Positions 49,001-58,111 of a DNA stretch of 64,000 nucleotides are shown piece by piece. A model generated the notes under the pieces. The model did not search any database, was not told the origin of the DNA, and saw only the letters and a list, made by a program, of their open reading frames with translations. The DNA is from an uncultured virus (IMG/VR IMGVR_UViG_3300031857_021139). Its lineage: Duplodnaviria > Heunggongvirae > Uroviricota > Caudoviricetes. How positions within the stretch are numbered: the first letter of the stretch is position 1; every line of letters begins with the position of its first letter. Location of the stretch: the IMG/VR virus record IMGVR_UViG_3300031857_021139. One strand, 5' to 3'. A program made the translations under genes and the position numbers.

Positions 49001-50721
49001 ATCCAATCTTTCATGGCTTGTTGGAATTCTTCCTTGGCACCAGCACGGATGATATCTCCACGGCTGGCAGTGCCATAGGGCTTGGTGGCCTGGATTGCAC
49101 GACCAATGGCTTGGGCACCTTGTATGGCATCAGTGCCTGTGGTAGCACAACCTGGCGTGCCAGCTACACAGGCGGCGGCAGCCAAGGCACCTAACTTGGA
49201 TTTGATACCTTCATCAAGGTTGCCAAAATATTCGGGATTGAGATCTGCGTAACGGCGCATGATGATACCGGCAGCGGCATTGGCTTCGTTTTCCCAGTCA
49301 CTGCCAGTGTCACCGCTGTGTTCTGGCATAGGAGAGATTTCGTTCTGGCGATGATGTGCCAGTTCGTGGGCCACGGTGCGCATGATGTCCAAAGGATGGC
49401 GATTGACCAGGCTCACATACAAAGTATTTTCTTCGGGCTTGTAACGACCAAATGTGTTGTTGCGTTCGCTCCAGGCTGGATCTCTGCGGAACTTGATCTT
49501 GGGCATGTGATCTATGCCCAATTGTCCTGCGGCAAAGGCTATGAATCTCTCCAGCATGTGTTCAGCACCTTGGTCCTCATCCATGCGATAAGCACCTTCG
49601 GGATCTTTGTTCTTGGCCCTGCGATCAATGTCCAAGGTCTTCATGCCCAGCCGATCGAGATCCTTTTTGTAGAGATGCTCTATGGGTTCCGACCCAAAAC
49701 TCAAAACGGTTTGTGGAGCGCCTTTGCCGTAGGCACGAGGATCTGCGTGCTTGAGGTCACTGATGTCTTGGCCTAACTTGTACCAATCATACACGTCACT
49801 GACATTGACTAACACAGTGCCTGCTGGCATTTCAGGTTTGAATTCTGGACCTGGTGGTTCATCATTGGGATCGTAATCCTCGACACGGCTTTCGCCGCCG
49901 CCATCACCACCACCACCGGCATCGCTGCCTTCTGTTGAGCCATATCCAAAGCCTGGATAAAAATATCCACCAAATGATCCCCAACGGCGCTTGCTACGTT
50001 TCTTTTTCCGTTCGCTGAGACTCATCAATTGATCTTTGGCCTGCAGGCGTGCGTTGCGCAGTCGTTCAAGGGTGCCGTTGCCTCGCAACACCTTGAAGGC
50101 CAGATTCTCCGGACCAAACTCACCGTGCTGGTCCAATCCGCTCTGACGGAGCTCACGTATCTTGGTAGCCATCTTGTCCATGCGATCGAGGTCCCCGGAT
50201 TCAATGGCCTGATCAATACGTGATGCAAGATCTTCGTACTTGCTCTTGACTGAAATGTCATCTACGTCAGGTTGTCTACGATTAGGAACACGCACCCATT
50301 TGTCATGCAACACTGAATATATGCCCTGGCTGTGATGTGGTTTGCGGGCATCTTGCACATAGAGTTCTACGTCATAGCCACCGATCTTGAAATCATGCTG
50401 ATCGTTGTACTGATATTTCTTCGCATCAAAAAGTTCACGATAGACTTCGCTGTCATCAGCCCTGGGCAGGTCTGTGACTAAATGAAGATCTATGTCTGAA
50501 TGAGGGGTGTATGTATAGGCTGCATTAGAGCCAGACACAGTGATGTCTTTGACTTCGACACCTATGCCCAGGCTTTCGCGGAAGTCGTCTGCGATAGCCA
50601 GCAGACGTTCGCGCACTTGTGGCAACATCTGCTCGTCTGGCCCCCAGATTCGGGGGTTTAGACGATCATTAAATTTTACAGCGTCTGAAAGACGATAATT
50701 TTCTAACTCACGGAGATCCAT
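46027..50721 (-). CDS. 1564-aa polyvalent protein: Pol-beta-type nucleotidyltransferase, HExxH metallopeptidase, amidoligase and small modules
   Basis: VSGSNAAY...SDIDLH; VAHELAH; GFEAE, EPDGSL, GLEIVSPP, STGLHM and IEFRSPG. Confidence 0.8.
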   Translation of the reverse strand: MDLRELENYRLSDAVKFNDRLNPRIWGPDEQMLPQVRERLLAIADDFRESLGIGVEVKDITVSGSNAAYTYTPHSDIDLHLVTDLPRADDSEVYRELFDAKKYQYNDQHDFKIGGYDVELYVQDARKPHHSQGIYSVLHDKWVRVPNRRQPDVDDISVKSKYEDLASRIDQAIESGDLDRMDKMATKIRELRQSGLDQHGEFGPENLAFKVLRGNGTLERLRNARLQAKDQLMSLSERKKKRSKRRWGSFGGYFYPGFGYGSTEGSDAGGGGDGGGESRVEDYDPNDEPPGPEFKPEMPAGTVLVNVSDVYDWYKLGQDISDLKHADPRAYGKGAPQTVLSFGSEPIEHLYKKDLDRLGMKTLDIDRRAKNKDPEGAYRMDEDQGAEHMLERFIAFAAGQLGIDHMPKIKFRRDPAWSERNNTFGRYKPEENTLYVSLVNRHPLDIMRTVAHELAHHRQNEISPMPEHSGDTGSDWENEANAAAGIIMRRYADLNPEYFGNLDEGIKSKLGALAAAACVAGTPGCATTGTDAIQGAQAIGRAIQATKPYGTASRGDIIRAGAKEEFQQAMKDWIRNGRQGAKPSPSPELVDQWRREAQSDMRKESIQTPVAKNQKAHDDYYKFLHMKANLGRPMTRQEQEFIKTYRLAQQMRKQVAEASGYIPTEKQKNDPRFKMALTVDVQPGQTGKEANKLGLKTDSQGRPQLLMKKLNNLLEAVKLDEKCWDGYQQQGMKRKGNRMVPNCVEIDEEEDLLEVKMNPTSLEDWARSPEAQGIRAGFEAEMIFRNTKRDDDDEEMEPDYDADERAFSVAQVVDFFANDDYGYGMTQRQQDRLEERLDETYMEWRDSQIIDDFGNEAEDLVREVLLDDTPLSDRIYVYLTDALQKSDEEADRIIAAGSKAPSFTKNSDQEAYAAENSDYEQYLEAADAVDTELQEQVEDSIRRQDGYYDTALDNFRDNWSGDDDSFFSDVGLRWMSDIANEFGLDWPYYTGSSQGGGERDWEDIGSSLQSAVDMPVKVSSGYHSATRRDDRWIIEPDGSLDPDDYEDMGLEIVSPPMPLPETLDKLKAVIEWGNNEADAYTNSSTGLHMGISIPYVGGDVDYVKLVLFMGDEYILDKFGRASNTYAASAMSKLRQNMAGARNRGELTEAKLDPLGALELVQKNLIELAARYVQDGVGLSKYTSAHIKDGYIEFRSPGGDYLSMESRGEYDDIKNTMLRFARAMQIAGSPSLERREYAKKLYKLISPGAQDDGLKLFSEYAAGTISPEQLKKQWADAVLQKEIPTTGKEEYEVYRRDNKDSPDGIVGTFYATDYDSAYDLFLRQYGKDINELEVRIKQPWFDVKDSYGDVFLTVRARDIDQATQKVQAEYGDRLSDDWKVFRRPDETPEPKNKLSPRAQVAKRLKEPKVSPEVAADNAQDSKDLQARIGEPQPAGAVRDTGYYRVIWRERRNGQEVQDSLNVDAENANAAMDRVRSALQAQRRDIVSIEANPQEPPAWRRMREFIPASTQQEFSGRWQIRNANTNEVLHTFGGIGNSQADANRVAQRWAQQSRIDDPLEVVPEMR

Positions 50722-50735
50722 GAGTGTATTTACCG

Positions 50736-51611
50736 TTATTTGGTTTTGGCGGCTTTGGCTTTGCGAGCGGCCGGTTTCTTGTCTTCCGCAGGTGTTTTGG
50801 TGCTTTCGCTGGGTTGATTTGTATTCAACACAGTGGGTGCAGTAACAGGTGCCTGGCTGGCTGGAGTTACTTGGACATTGGTACCAAATTCTCGGGCAAA
50901 GGCTTCATACAAGGGTTGCTGTTGGGCGTAGTCAAACACATAATTACCGGTATGACGCAACAACACACGCTTGTCCACCCAGATCTTGCCGCCGAGATCA
51001 CGCCAATTTTCACAGAAAGTCCAGTCTTCCGAATAGTAGCGATTCTCACGCACCGCGGTATCATAGTAAGTCTTTAGATGCTTGTCCAGTTCCTTGGGCA
51101 AGCCTATATCGTTGTTGAAAGGCTTCACAGCAGGATGAGAATTAAGTTTATCAAACACGTGGCGCTTGACAAGCATGAATCCTGTTCCAGTCTTTGAAAC
51201 TTCTTGAAGACCATCTTCCCCAGTTTCGGCGCCGTCAAAGCCGTTGACCACCCACTTCACTGGCAAGGTTTTCATAGGATACAAGCCACCTATCACGTCA
51301 ACGTCTCTACAAAGCAGGACCAAGAGATGCCAAGGTTCCCAACCGATGTCGGCATCGATGAACATGAGATGTGTGCTGTCAGGGTTGTTGAGGAATTTGG
51401 CCACAAGTGTATTGCGGGCACGTGATATCAATGATTCATTGGTCATGGTTTCCATGGTCCACTCCAAGCCCAGTTGTCGGCAGGTGTTGGACCATTTGAT
51501 GTAACTCATGAATGTGGATTCTGTAAGCATGCCGCCGTAGCAGGGCATGCAGATATGAACACGGGTCTGTCTCAGTAGATCTACGTTTACGGTGATTTGT
51601 TGTTCGGCCAT
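50736..51611 (-). CDS. GT-A fold glycosyltransferase-like protein
   Basis: ICMPCYGG, ESLISRARN, FIDAD, GTGFML and SEDWTFC motifs. Confidence 0.7.
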   Translation of the reverse strand: MAEQQITVNVDLLRQTRVHICMPCYGGMLTESTFMSYIKWSNTCRQLGLEWTMETMTNESLISRARNTLVAKFLNNPDSTHLMFIDADIGWEPWHLLVLLCRDVDVIGGLYPMKTLPVKWVVNGFDGAETGEDGLQEVSKTGTGFMLVKRHVFDKLNSHPAVKPFNNDIGLPKELDKHLKTYYDTAVRENRYYSEDWTFCENWRDLGGKIWVDKRVLLRHTGNYVFDYAQQQPLYEAFAREFGTNVQVTPASQAPVTAPTVLNTNQPSESTKTPAEDKKPAARKAKAAKTK

Positions 51612-51670
51612 TTGGCATCCTCTCAAAATATACGCAGATATTTAACGACTATTTTGGAGGGTGAGATATT

Positions 51671-51766
51671 TTAGTTCAGGGGCAAGCGCCAGGGCAGATT
51701 CACTGGCATAGGAATCTGTCGGCGACCGGGTCTGGGCATGGAAGGTATGGGACTGGGATGTCTCAT
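51671..51766 (-). CDS. 31-aa Pro/Arg-rich peptide
   Basis: MRHPSPIPSMPRPGRRQIPMPVNLPWRLPLN; ATGA overlap with the upstream peptide gene. Confidence 0.4.
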   Translation of the reverse strand: MRHPSPIPSMPRPGRRQIPMPVNLPWRLPLN

Positions 51767-51882
51767 TTTTTCTTGCGTCCGGCGCAGTGTGCTCTTTGGC
51801 TGAAACCGCGAGGACGTTGGCAATTGATACTGCGTTTGTACTTTTGGCTCCATTTTTCGGAGATGAATTCTTTAGCCCGCAT
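51763..51882 (-). CDS. 39-aa basic peptide with an MRAKEFISE start
   Basis: Manual translation MRAKEFISEKWSQKYKRSINCQRPRGFSQRAHCAGRKKK. Confidence 0.7.
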   Translation of the reverse strand: MRAKEFISEKWSQKYKRSINCQRPRGFSQRAHCAGRKKK

Positions 51883-52900
51883 TTTTCTCGTCGAGATAAT
51901 CGCTCATTTCGATTTCACGACCACGTGCGATAGGGCGTCGACCTTGTTTGGCCATGAATGCTTGGTATTCCGCCAGGGCTTGGACCATGCGATCTACCAC
52001 TTCGCCTTTTTGTAAGACATAGTGGAGTCGGTCATAATCACCAGATTTCAACATCTGTAGCATGCTGGAGAATTTGCCTGCGAGATTGGATTTGAGACTG
52101 GCTTCATCCCAGGTTCCCATGCCACCATCGGGTCTGATCTGATGGCCAGCATCAGGGTCGTTGATCAATACTGCTTCGTCTATGTCACTGTCCATGGAGC
52201 TGGCTATTTCAGCTCCAGCCACACGTCCGGCCAATTGCCCCAAAGCACCGGCACCAGCAGATCGTGCCACTGCGCCGCCCAATGCAGCTCCTAACATGGG
52301 AGCAAATTCCTTGACTTCACTGCCAATGACCTCGTCAAAAATTTTCACGATCACATCGGCTAACTTGGTTTTGGTCTGGGTGTCAGGATACAACTGTTTG
52401 ACCAGGCGTGTTTTTTGTTCCTCGTCCATGCCAGGCCATTTGGCGCGGATCTCTGTGGCCGATGTCATGCCTGGTCCAAACTGTACCGTGGGCAGATATA
52501 CCATGTAACCGTGCTGGTCCATGGGTTGGAGATTGTTTCTTTTGTAAGGTTGCAGGTAGGAAGACGTGCCGTCTTTTTTCACGCCTCCAGCCAAGGGTTG
52601 CTGTTCGCGATCTTTTTCACTGCGAGCAAAGATCAGCACAGTGTCTTTGGGATCATAATGCTGAGTTATTTCTTTGGCCTGGAACGGCGATTTGACCTGG
52701 ATGAATCTGTGTCCGTCTACGCCGGCAATGCGAGCCAGTTTTTGTTTTACTTCAAAAGGAAACGGACGGTTAGATGTATCTGCTGTGGCTGCTACATAAA
52801 TGTCTGCCGAGGGAAATGCTTCACGTGCGGCATCGTACAATGCTTTGTGCCCTGCATGGAATGGGTGGAAACCACCTGGTATGATCACGAGCTTTTTCAT
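51872..52900 (-). CDS. HIGH-motif (cytidylyltransferase-like) nucleotidyltransferase with extra C-terminal modules
   Basis: PGGFHPFHAGH and SATEIR; linkers VKE and IDE. Confidence 0.8.
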   Translation of the reverse strand: MKKLVIIPGGFHPFHAGHKALYDAAREAFPSADIYVAATADTSNRPFPFEVKQKLARIAGVDGHRFIQVKSPFQAKEITQHYDPKDTVLIFARSEKDREQQPLAGGVKKDGTSSYLQPYKRNNLQPMDQHGYMVYLPTVQFGPGMTSATEIRAKWPGMDEEQKTRLVKQLYPDTQTKTKLADVIVKIFDEVIGSEVKEFAPMLGAALGGAVARSAGAGALGQLAGRVAGAEIASSMDSDIDEAVLINDPDAGHQIRPDGGMGTWDEASLKSNLAGKFSSMLQMLKSGDYDRLHYVLQKGEVVDRMVQALAEYQAFMAKQGRRPIARGREIEMSDYLDEKNAG

Positions 52901-52914
52901 ACCAGTATTTACCG

Positions 52915-53343
52915 TTACATGTTTTCTAACAGCCAGAGATAAATGGGTGTGATAAAACAGAATTTGATGGAACCGTTACAGCCCATGTTGCCATAAAACT
53001 CCGTTTGCGTGGGCTCTGAGGTCCCGTTGTAATCATGTAGATATAAAGACTTTTCATACAAGATCTGATCTACGTTGATTTCGTCGAAGCACATGTCTCT
53101 TATGGTCAGTAACAAATCTTCAACTATCTGACCGTTTTCATTAACCTTGGTGTGATCCGGGGTTTTACCCGACATTTCCAAACACATTTCGTGTTGTGCA
53201 TCATCATCAACAAATTCAATGATAACCTTGTCAGTTTCAGGACGTGCTGGGCCATTCCACACAGGCTGGCCATCAATGCTGACAGTGAGAGTTAGGCCCG
53301 GTGCAGTGGCCCCCAGTATGAAACTAAAAGAACTTTTGACCAT
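52915..53343 (-). CDS. Hypothetical protein
   Basis: Start 53343 (TGATG overlap); C-terminal GNMGCNG...PIYLWLLENM. Confidence 0.65.
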   Translation of the reverse strand: MVKSSFSFILGATAPGLTLTVSIDGQPVWNGPARPETDKVIIEFVDDDAQHEMCLEMSGKTPDHTKVNENGQIVEDLLLTIRDMCFDEINVDQILYEKSLYLHDYNGTSEPTQTEFYGNMGCNGSIKFCFITPIYLWLLENM

Positions 53344-53711
53344 CAATAACTCATCGCTACCTGGGTTATGGTTCCTGCCACGAATCCCTCTACGTTGGCC
53401 CGGATCCAAGTGAAGTTGCCCGTGATGTTGGTAGAAAAATTGGTAGTGGTCTGCGATGACAAGCTGTCATATTCGTAAACTTTGAACCAGGCTGCATCCG
53501 TGGTAGGATCGCTGTCCAAGGTGCATTCTATCTTGATCAGACCTCGAAAGTTTACGAGATAAAACGCTATGGTTTGGAGGTCACCATATCCACCATAATA
53601 GTCAGCGGCTTTTTCGCGATCTCCTGACCAGTCCAAGCTGGATCCATCATAGTTGCCCGATGGTGTACCATAAGAAGTGGTTGGCAGTAGTTGTACTGTA
53701 GTGGTTTTCAT
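53343..53711 (-). CDS. Beta-rich hypothetical protein, possibly a virion protein
   Basis: Thr/Ser/Gly-rich; NITGNFTWIRA. Confidence 0.6.
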   Translation of the reverse strand: MKTTTVQLLPTTSYGTPSGNYDGSSLDWSGDREKAADYYGGYGDLQTIAFYLVNFRGLIKIECTLDSDPTTDAAWFKVYEYDSLSSQTTTNFSTNITGNFTWIRANVEGFVAGTITQVAMSY

Positions 53712-53875
53712 TCTGTCGCTATTTCCACCATGGTATTTGGGCCTGCTAATTCTTGGATCACTGCTTCCAAGCTGCTCACGCTTTCTTGAGGCAGGATAGC
53801 CGGGCTGTCTTGCTCGCTGTCGCGTATCAAGCGCGATACTTTTATAACGATGATTTCTTCCTGTATTTTTGCCAT
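53708..53875 (-). CDS. 55-aa hypothetical protein
   Basis: MAKIQEEIIVIKVSRLIRD...LEAVIQELAG..VEI; ATGA overlap downstream and TAAATA upstream. Confidence 0.6.
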   Translation of the reverse strand: MAKIQEEIIVIKVSRLIRDSEQDSPAILPQESVSSLEAVIQELAGPNTMVEIATE

Positions 53876-53881
53876 GATAGT

Positions 53882-54580
53882 TTATTTATACGTGGTTATA
53901 GGCTGGGTTTTCCTTGCCAGTCGGGGATGAATCAAACTCAGCATGGTTTCAAGTCCAACTACGCTGTGATCGATGAAAAAATAATCTTGGGGGTTTTTCC
54001 AACTGGTGTGATTGACCCATTCATTCAGGCTAGGGCTCAAACGCATGTCAGTCTGTTTTACCAGGAAATCTCTCAAAGCCTGTGACCGACTGTCGCTGAT
54101 GTTGGCATAGCGCAGCCAGGTACGATAGGCATAAGATGATTTTTTCAAGTACACATGACCAACTTCCTGCCCGGACAGCTTGAGTTTGCGCAGATGCATC
54201 TTGGACTGATCCAACCAGGGTATGTCCAAGAGTTCATCTAAAAAAGATTGATCCTGTGTATAGAAATATAAGCAGTTGCCCGAAATTACCAGTTTAAATC
54301 TGCCAGCACGGTATTGCAACCAATCCGCCATGTCATGCACATTTTTTTTGACTGTGTCGTCTATCTGTCGGGGAGTCCAATCTGTACGCCACGAACCGCC
54401 GTAGTTTCGATTGATAGCACGATGTCCCCAACTCTGCCGTATTGCCAAGATACGATCAATCTTTTTATGATCGGGATATCTCAGTACTGCTGCCTCAGGA
54501 AGATATACCAGCAGGCAATGATCGTATTTGCCAAACCAAGCGCCGGGCCTGGAAACTATGTCACAGGGTATCTTAGTCAC
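53882..54580 (-). CDS. Hypothetical protein
   Basis: Intact ORF overlapping the clpA stop. Confidence 0.65.
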   Translation of the reverse strand: MTKIPCDIVSRPGAWFGKYDHCLLVYLPEAAVLRYPDHKKIDRILAIRQSWGHRAINRNYGGSWRTDWTPRQIDDTVKKNVHDMADWLQYRAGRFKLVISGNCLYFYTQDQSFLDELLDIPWLDQSKMHLRKLKLSGQEVGHVYLKKSSYAYRTWLRYANISDSRSQALRDFLVKQTDMRLSPSLNEWVNHTSWKNPQDYFFIDHSVVGLETMLSLIHPRLARKTQPITTYK

Positions 54581-56849
54581 GAGGTTTGAACCTATCGATC
54601 ACTATATAACCTTTTTGATCCACGCTGGGCCTGGTGGCAGTATCAGTGGAGAAAGTCACTGCGTCATCAACTCGGTCTATTGCCACTGTGCAGGATTTTA
54701 ATTCTTCGAACATGATTTTTTTGCTCAGTGGTACCCGGATGATCTCGTCGATCTTCCTGCTCAAGGGTCGGGCACCCATCTTGGGATCATACCCCACCTG
54801 TGCCAGATAATCAATCACTGCCTCGGTCAGTGTTAATCGTATGTCTTTGTCTGCCAGGCTGGTCTTGAGTTCGTCTATGAATTTAACGACGATTTTCTTT
54901 ATAGCCAAGGTATCCAACTTTTCAAACTTGCAGATCTGGTCTATCCTGTTGCGCAGTTCAGGCTTGAAGAAATCTTTCATGGCACGATCTTCTTCGCCGG
55001 TGCGTTCCAGGCTCTTGGCAAATCCAATGTTGTTGTTTTCGTTGTCTCTGGCTCCAAGATTAGAAGTCATGATCACTATGGTGTTCTTGCAGTCCACGGT
55101 CTTGCCATTGCTACTGGTGATCCTGCCTTCATCCAGCAGTTGCAACAGGATATTGATCACGTCAGGGTGTGCCTTTTCGATTTCATCCAACAATATGATA
55201 GCATAAGGATTCTTGCTGAGATCAGAAATCATCTTGCCACCACCCAGGTTGCCATCTTCATAACCCACATAACCCGGTGGCGCACCAATGAGACTGCTTA
55301 CTGTGTGTCGTTCTTGATACTCGCTCATGTCATATTTCAGCAAGGGCATGTCAAGATACCGGCTTAGCAATCGCGCCAGTTCAGTTTTGCCCGTGCCTGT
55401 TGGCCCCAGGAACAGAAAGCTGCTCATAGGTCTGCCTTTGTGTCCGATGCCGGCAAAAGACACGTAGATCCTGTCCAGCACAGCATCCACGGCTTGATCT
55501 TGCCCGTGCAACAGTTGTTTTATATTGGTGGCGAGATCGCGTATCTTGGAACTCTGCTCGTTCTTCAATCTATCCAAGGGCACACCGGCGGTTTTGCTGG
55601 CCTGGGCCATGATCATGTCTTGCGTGACTGTGATCGTACCTGCATCTTTTACCCGCTCTCGAGCACAAGCACCGTCCAGGAGATCTATGCTCTTGTCGGG
55701 ATTTTTCTTGTCATGGATGTATCTGTGCGATAACTCGATGGCAGCCTTGATAGCATCGGTGTCGATCATGACATCATGGAACTTTTCCAAGCGAGCACTG
55801 AGACCAATAAGGATCTGCTCTGTGGCTTCCATGGAAGGTTCATCTATACTGAGCCTATGGAACCGGCGCATGAGAGCGCGATCCTTTTCAAAACTCTCGT
55901 AATATTCTTCCCATGTGGTCGAGGCCACGACCTTGAGCACTCCTTTGGTTATGGCTGGTTTGATCATGTTGGCAAAATCTAACTGGCTGGAACCTGAAGA
56001 TCCAGCACCACGCATGGTATGTGCTTCATCGATAAACAGCACACAGTTCTTCTTGGCTTCCAAGGCCTGGATCACTGCCTTGAGTTTTTCTTCAAATTCT
56101 CCACGATACTTTGATCCTGCTAAAAGGCTGCCTATCTCCAATGACCACAGTTCGTGATTGTGTAAAAACTTAGGCACCTGGTTCTGATTCATCCTCTGCG
56201 CAAGGCCCTCAACTATGGCCGTCTTGCCTACGCCAGGATCGCCTACCATGAGCACGTTGCTCTTGAATCTGCGTGCCAGCACTGTGACCATTTCTTCCAC
56301 TTCAGTGTCACGGCCGATCACAGGTTCCAGGCGATCTTGTTTGGCCATCTTGGTCAAGTTCACACAGTGCTCTTCCAAGATCTCTGTGGCCTGTTGGTCA
56401 GTGATGGTGATATCTTTGTGATTGTAATTCTGTTCCCAGAACTGCACAAACTCAGCCTTGGTGATGCCATGTTTGAGCAAGAAATAGTGGGCATGGCTAT
56501 TGGTTTCAGCCATGATGGCTAGATAAAGATCCGCAGTAGTCAACGTACGACGCCCGGTGAACAACACCTGGGTCATGGCACGGTTGAAACATCTTTCCAA
56601 GCCATTGGTTTTCTTGGGTTGGTCACCATCGTTGACAGTGCCCATGCTGGTGATACTTTGTAGGTAATTTTGTATCTCCTGTTTCATGACTTCCACGTCT
56701 ACACCAAATTTCGCCAAGACTGTGGCAAAAGGAGCATGGTGGACCATGGCCAGCAACAGGTGCTCGATGACCACATAACGATGATTGTGATCGCGTGCCA
56801 ACTTGACTGCGTTGTCGATGATCTGTTCTATTTCAGGATTTGTTTGCAT
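54573..56849 (-). CDS. clpA: ClpA-like Hsp100 AAA+ chaperone
   Basis: Clp N domain (EHLLLA); two Walker A motifs ([16 protein letters not shown]); [14 protein letters not shown] and GARPL; no ClpB middle domain. Confidence 0.9.
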   Translation of the reverse strand: MQTNPEIEQIIDNAVKLARDHNHRYVVIEHLLLAMVHHAPFATVLAKFGVDVEVMKQEIQNYLQSITSMGTVNDGDQPKKTNGLERCFNRAMTQVLFTGRRTLTTADLYLAIMAETNSHAHYFLLKHGITKAEFVQFWEQNYNHKDITITDQQATEILEEHCVNLTKMAKQDRLEPVIGRDTEVEEMVTVLARRFKSNVLMVGDPGVGKTAIVEGLAQRMNQNQVPKFLHNHELWSLEIGSLLAGSKYRGEFEEKLKAVIQALEAKKNCVLFIDEAHTMRGAGSSGSSQLDFANMIKPAITKGVLKVVASTTWEEYYESFEKDRALMRRFHRLSIDEPSMEATEQILIGLSARLEKFHDVMIDTDAIKAAIELSHRYIHDKKNPDKSIDLLDGACARERVKDAGTITVTQDMIMAQASKTAGVPLDRLKNEQSSKIRDLATNIKQLLHGQDQAVDAVLDRIYVSFAGIGHKGRPMSSFLFLGPTGTGKTELARLLSRYLDMPLLKYDMSEYQERHTVSSLIGAPPGYVGYEDGNLGGGKMISDLSKNPYAIILLDEIEKAHPDVINILLQLLDEGRITSSNGKTVDCKNTIVIMTSNLGARDNENNNIGFAKSLERTGEEDRAMKDFFKPELRNRIDQICKFEKLDTLAIKKIVVKFIDELKTSLADKDIRLTLTEAVIDYLAQVGYDPKMGARPLSRKIDEIIRVPLSKKIMFEELKSCTVAIDRVDDAVTFSTDTATRPSVDQKGYIVIDRFKPRD

Positions 56850-57279
56850 TTTGTTCCTTGTATCTATCCCACATGGTGACACCGTCTAAATGATCTAATT
56901 CGTGTTGGAAACATCGGGCCTGCAGGCCTACCAGTGTTTCGGTATGTGCAGTCCCTTGATGATCTTGATATCGCACTTCTACCCAGTCCGGTCTTACAAT
57001 TGTACACTGATCTCCAGGAAAACTCAAGCATCCTTCATCAAAATCGGCCAGCACGTCGCTTTGTTGCAACACTTCCGGATTGAAACAGGCACGACGCACG
57101 CCATGTACCAACATAACAAATACCCTTTGTGACATGCCTACCTGCGGGGCTGCCAACCCTATGCCATTTTGTTTGTGCATGAAATCAAATAGATGCTCGC
57201 TGATCATCCTGTTCCGTTCGGGATATTGGAATGTCACTGGTTTGGCTGTGCGATTTAAAACCCGTTTAGTAAGTTTCAT
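56833..57279 (-). CDS. def: Peptide deformylase
   Basis: GIGLAAPQ, EGCLS and QHELDH motifs. Confidence 0.95.
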   Translation of the reverse strand: MKLTKRVLNRTAKPVTFQYPERNRMISEHLFDFMHKQNGIGLAAPQVGMSQRVFVMLVHGVRRACFNPEVLQQSDVLADFDEGCLSFPGDQCTIVRPDWVEVRYQDHQGTAHTETLVGLQARCFQHELDHLDGVTMWDRYKEQNANKS

Positions 57280-57287
57280 AAAAATAT

Positions 57288-58076
57288 TTATTGACCGATT
57301 TCTTTCCTGATAGCAGCCATTAAATCCTCGCTCACGGGCGTGGGTATCTTGGCATTGAGCCTGACCAGGAGATCTCCGGCAGGACCGCCTTGCCGACCTG
57401 GCAGGCTGCTGGCAGGTACACCTTGGTGTCGGAGTCTCAACATGGCACCAGGTTGTGTCCCTGGAGGTATGGTAAGCGCGAGTTCACGACCCTGTAGATC
57501 TGTGATTATAACCTCGCTGCCAACTATGAGTTGCCACACAGTGACCTGGCGATCAGTGATGATGTCCTTGCCTTGTCTTTGCCATCGGGCATCGGGTTTG
57601 ACTCGGTAAGTGATCACGAGATCTTGACCACCCGGGGCCAGACGCGGATAGCGTATGGTGTCACCATCATCAAGTCCGCGAGGCACGTCAATTTCAATGT
57701 TGGACACTGTGTCTCCTACCTGCAGGCTCACAGTGCGTGTGCCTCCTGACAACACATCAGCCAATGTGATCCAGAGATTCAATCTGGCATGACCGGGCTG
57801 GCGATTGCGCGGTGGATGCCCAAACATGCTGAAAATATCATCGAAGTTGAAGCCGTTGGCCCCAAAGTTCACATGTACTGATTGGCGTGGGTTGTCATAT
57901 TCTCTGCGCCGCTCAGGATCGCTGAGCACAGTATGTGCTTCGTTGATGTCTTGGAACTGAGAAGCATCGCCGCCGCGGTCTGGATGGTGTTGCATGGCCA
58001 AGCGACGGAAGGCTCGTTTGATTTCGTCTTCCGATGCCGTGCGGGATACTCCCAGTATCTTGTAATAATCTTTCAC
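57288..58076 (-). CDS. DnaJ/CbpA-type co-chaperone (no zinc finger)
   Basis: DYYKILGV, HPD J-domain and C-terminal PPGTQPG..GDLLV. Confidence 0.9.
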   Translation of the reverse strand: MKDYYKILGVSRTASEDEIKRAFRRLAMQHHPDRGGDASQFQDINEAHTVLSDPERRREYDNPRQSVHVNFGANGFNFDDIFSMFGHPPRNRQPGHARLNLWITLADVLSGGTRTVSLQVGDTVSNIEIDVPRGLDDGDTIRYPRLAPGGQDLVITYRVKPDARWQRQGKDIITDRQVTVWQLIVGSEVIITDLQGRELALTIPPGTQPGAMLRLRHQGVPASSLPGRQGGPAGDLLVRLNAKIPTPVSEDLMAAIRKEIGQ

Positions 58077-58082
58077 AGTGTT

Positions 58083-58111
58083 ATTTTACTACCAACACAC
58101 AGCATTGTCAA
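58083..58111 (-). promoter_or_regulatory. Sigma70 promoter for the dnaJ-def-clpA operon
   Basis: TTGACA-17 nt-TAAAAT; the predicted +1 falls on or near the GTG start. Confidence 0.75.
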
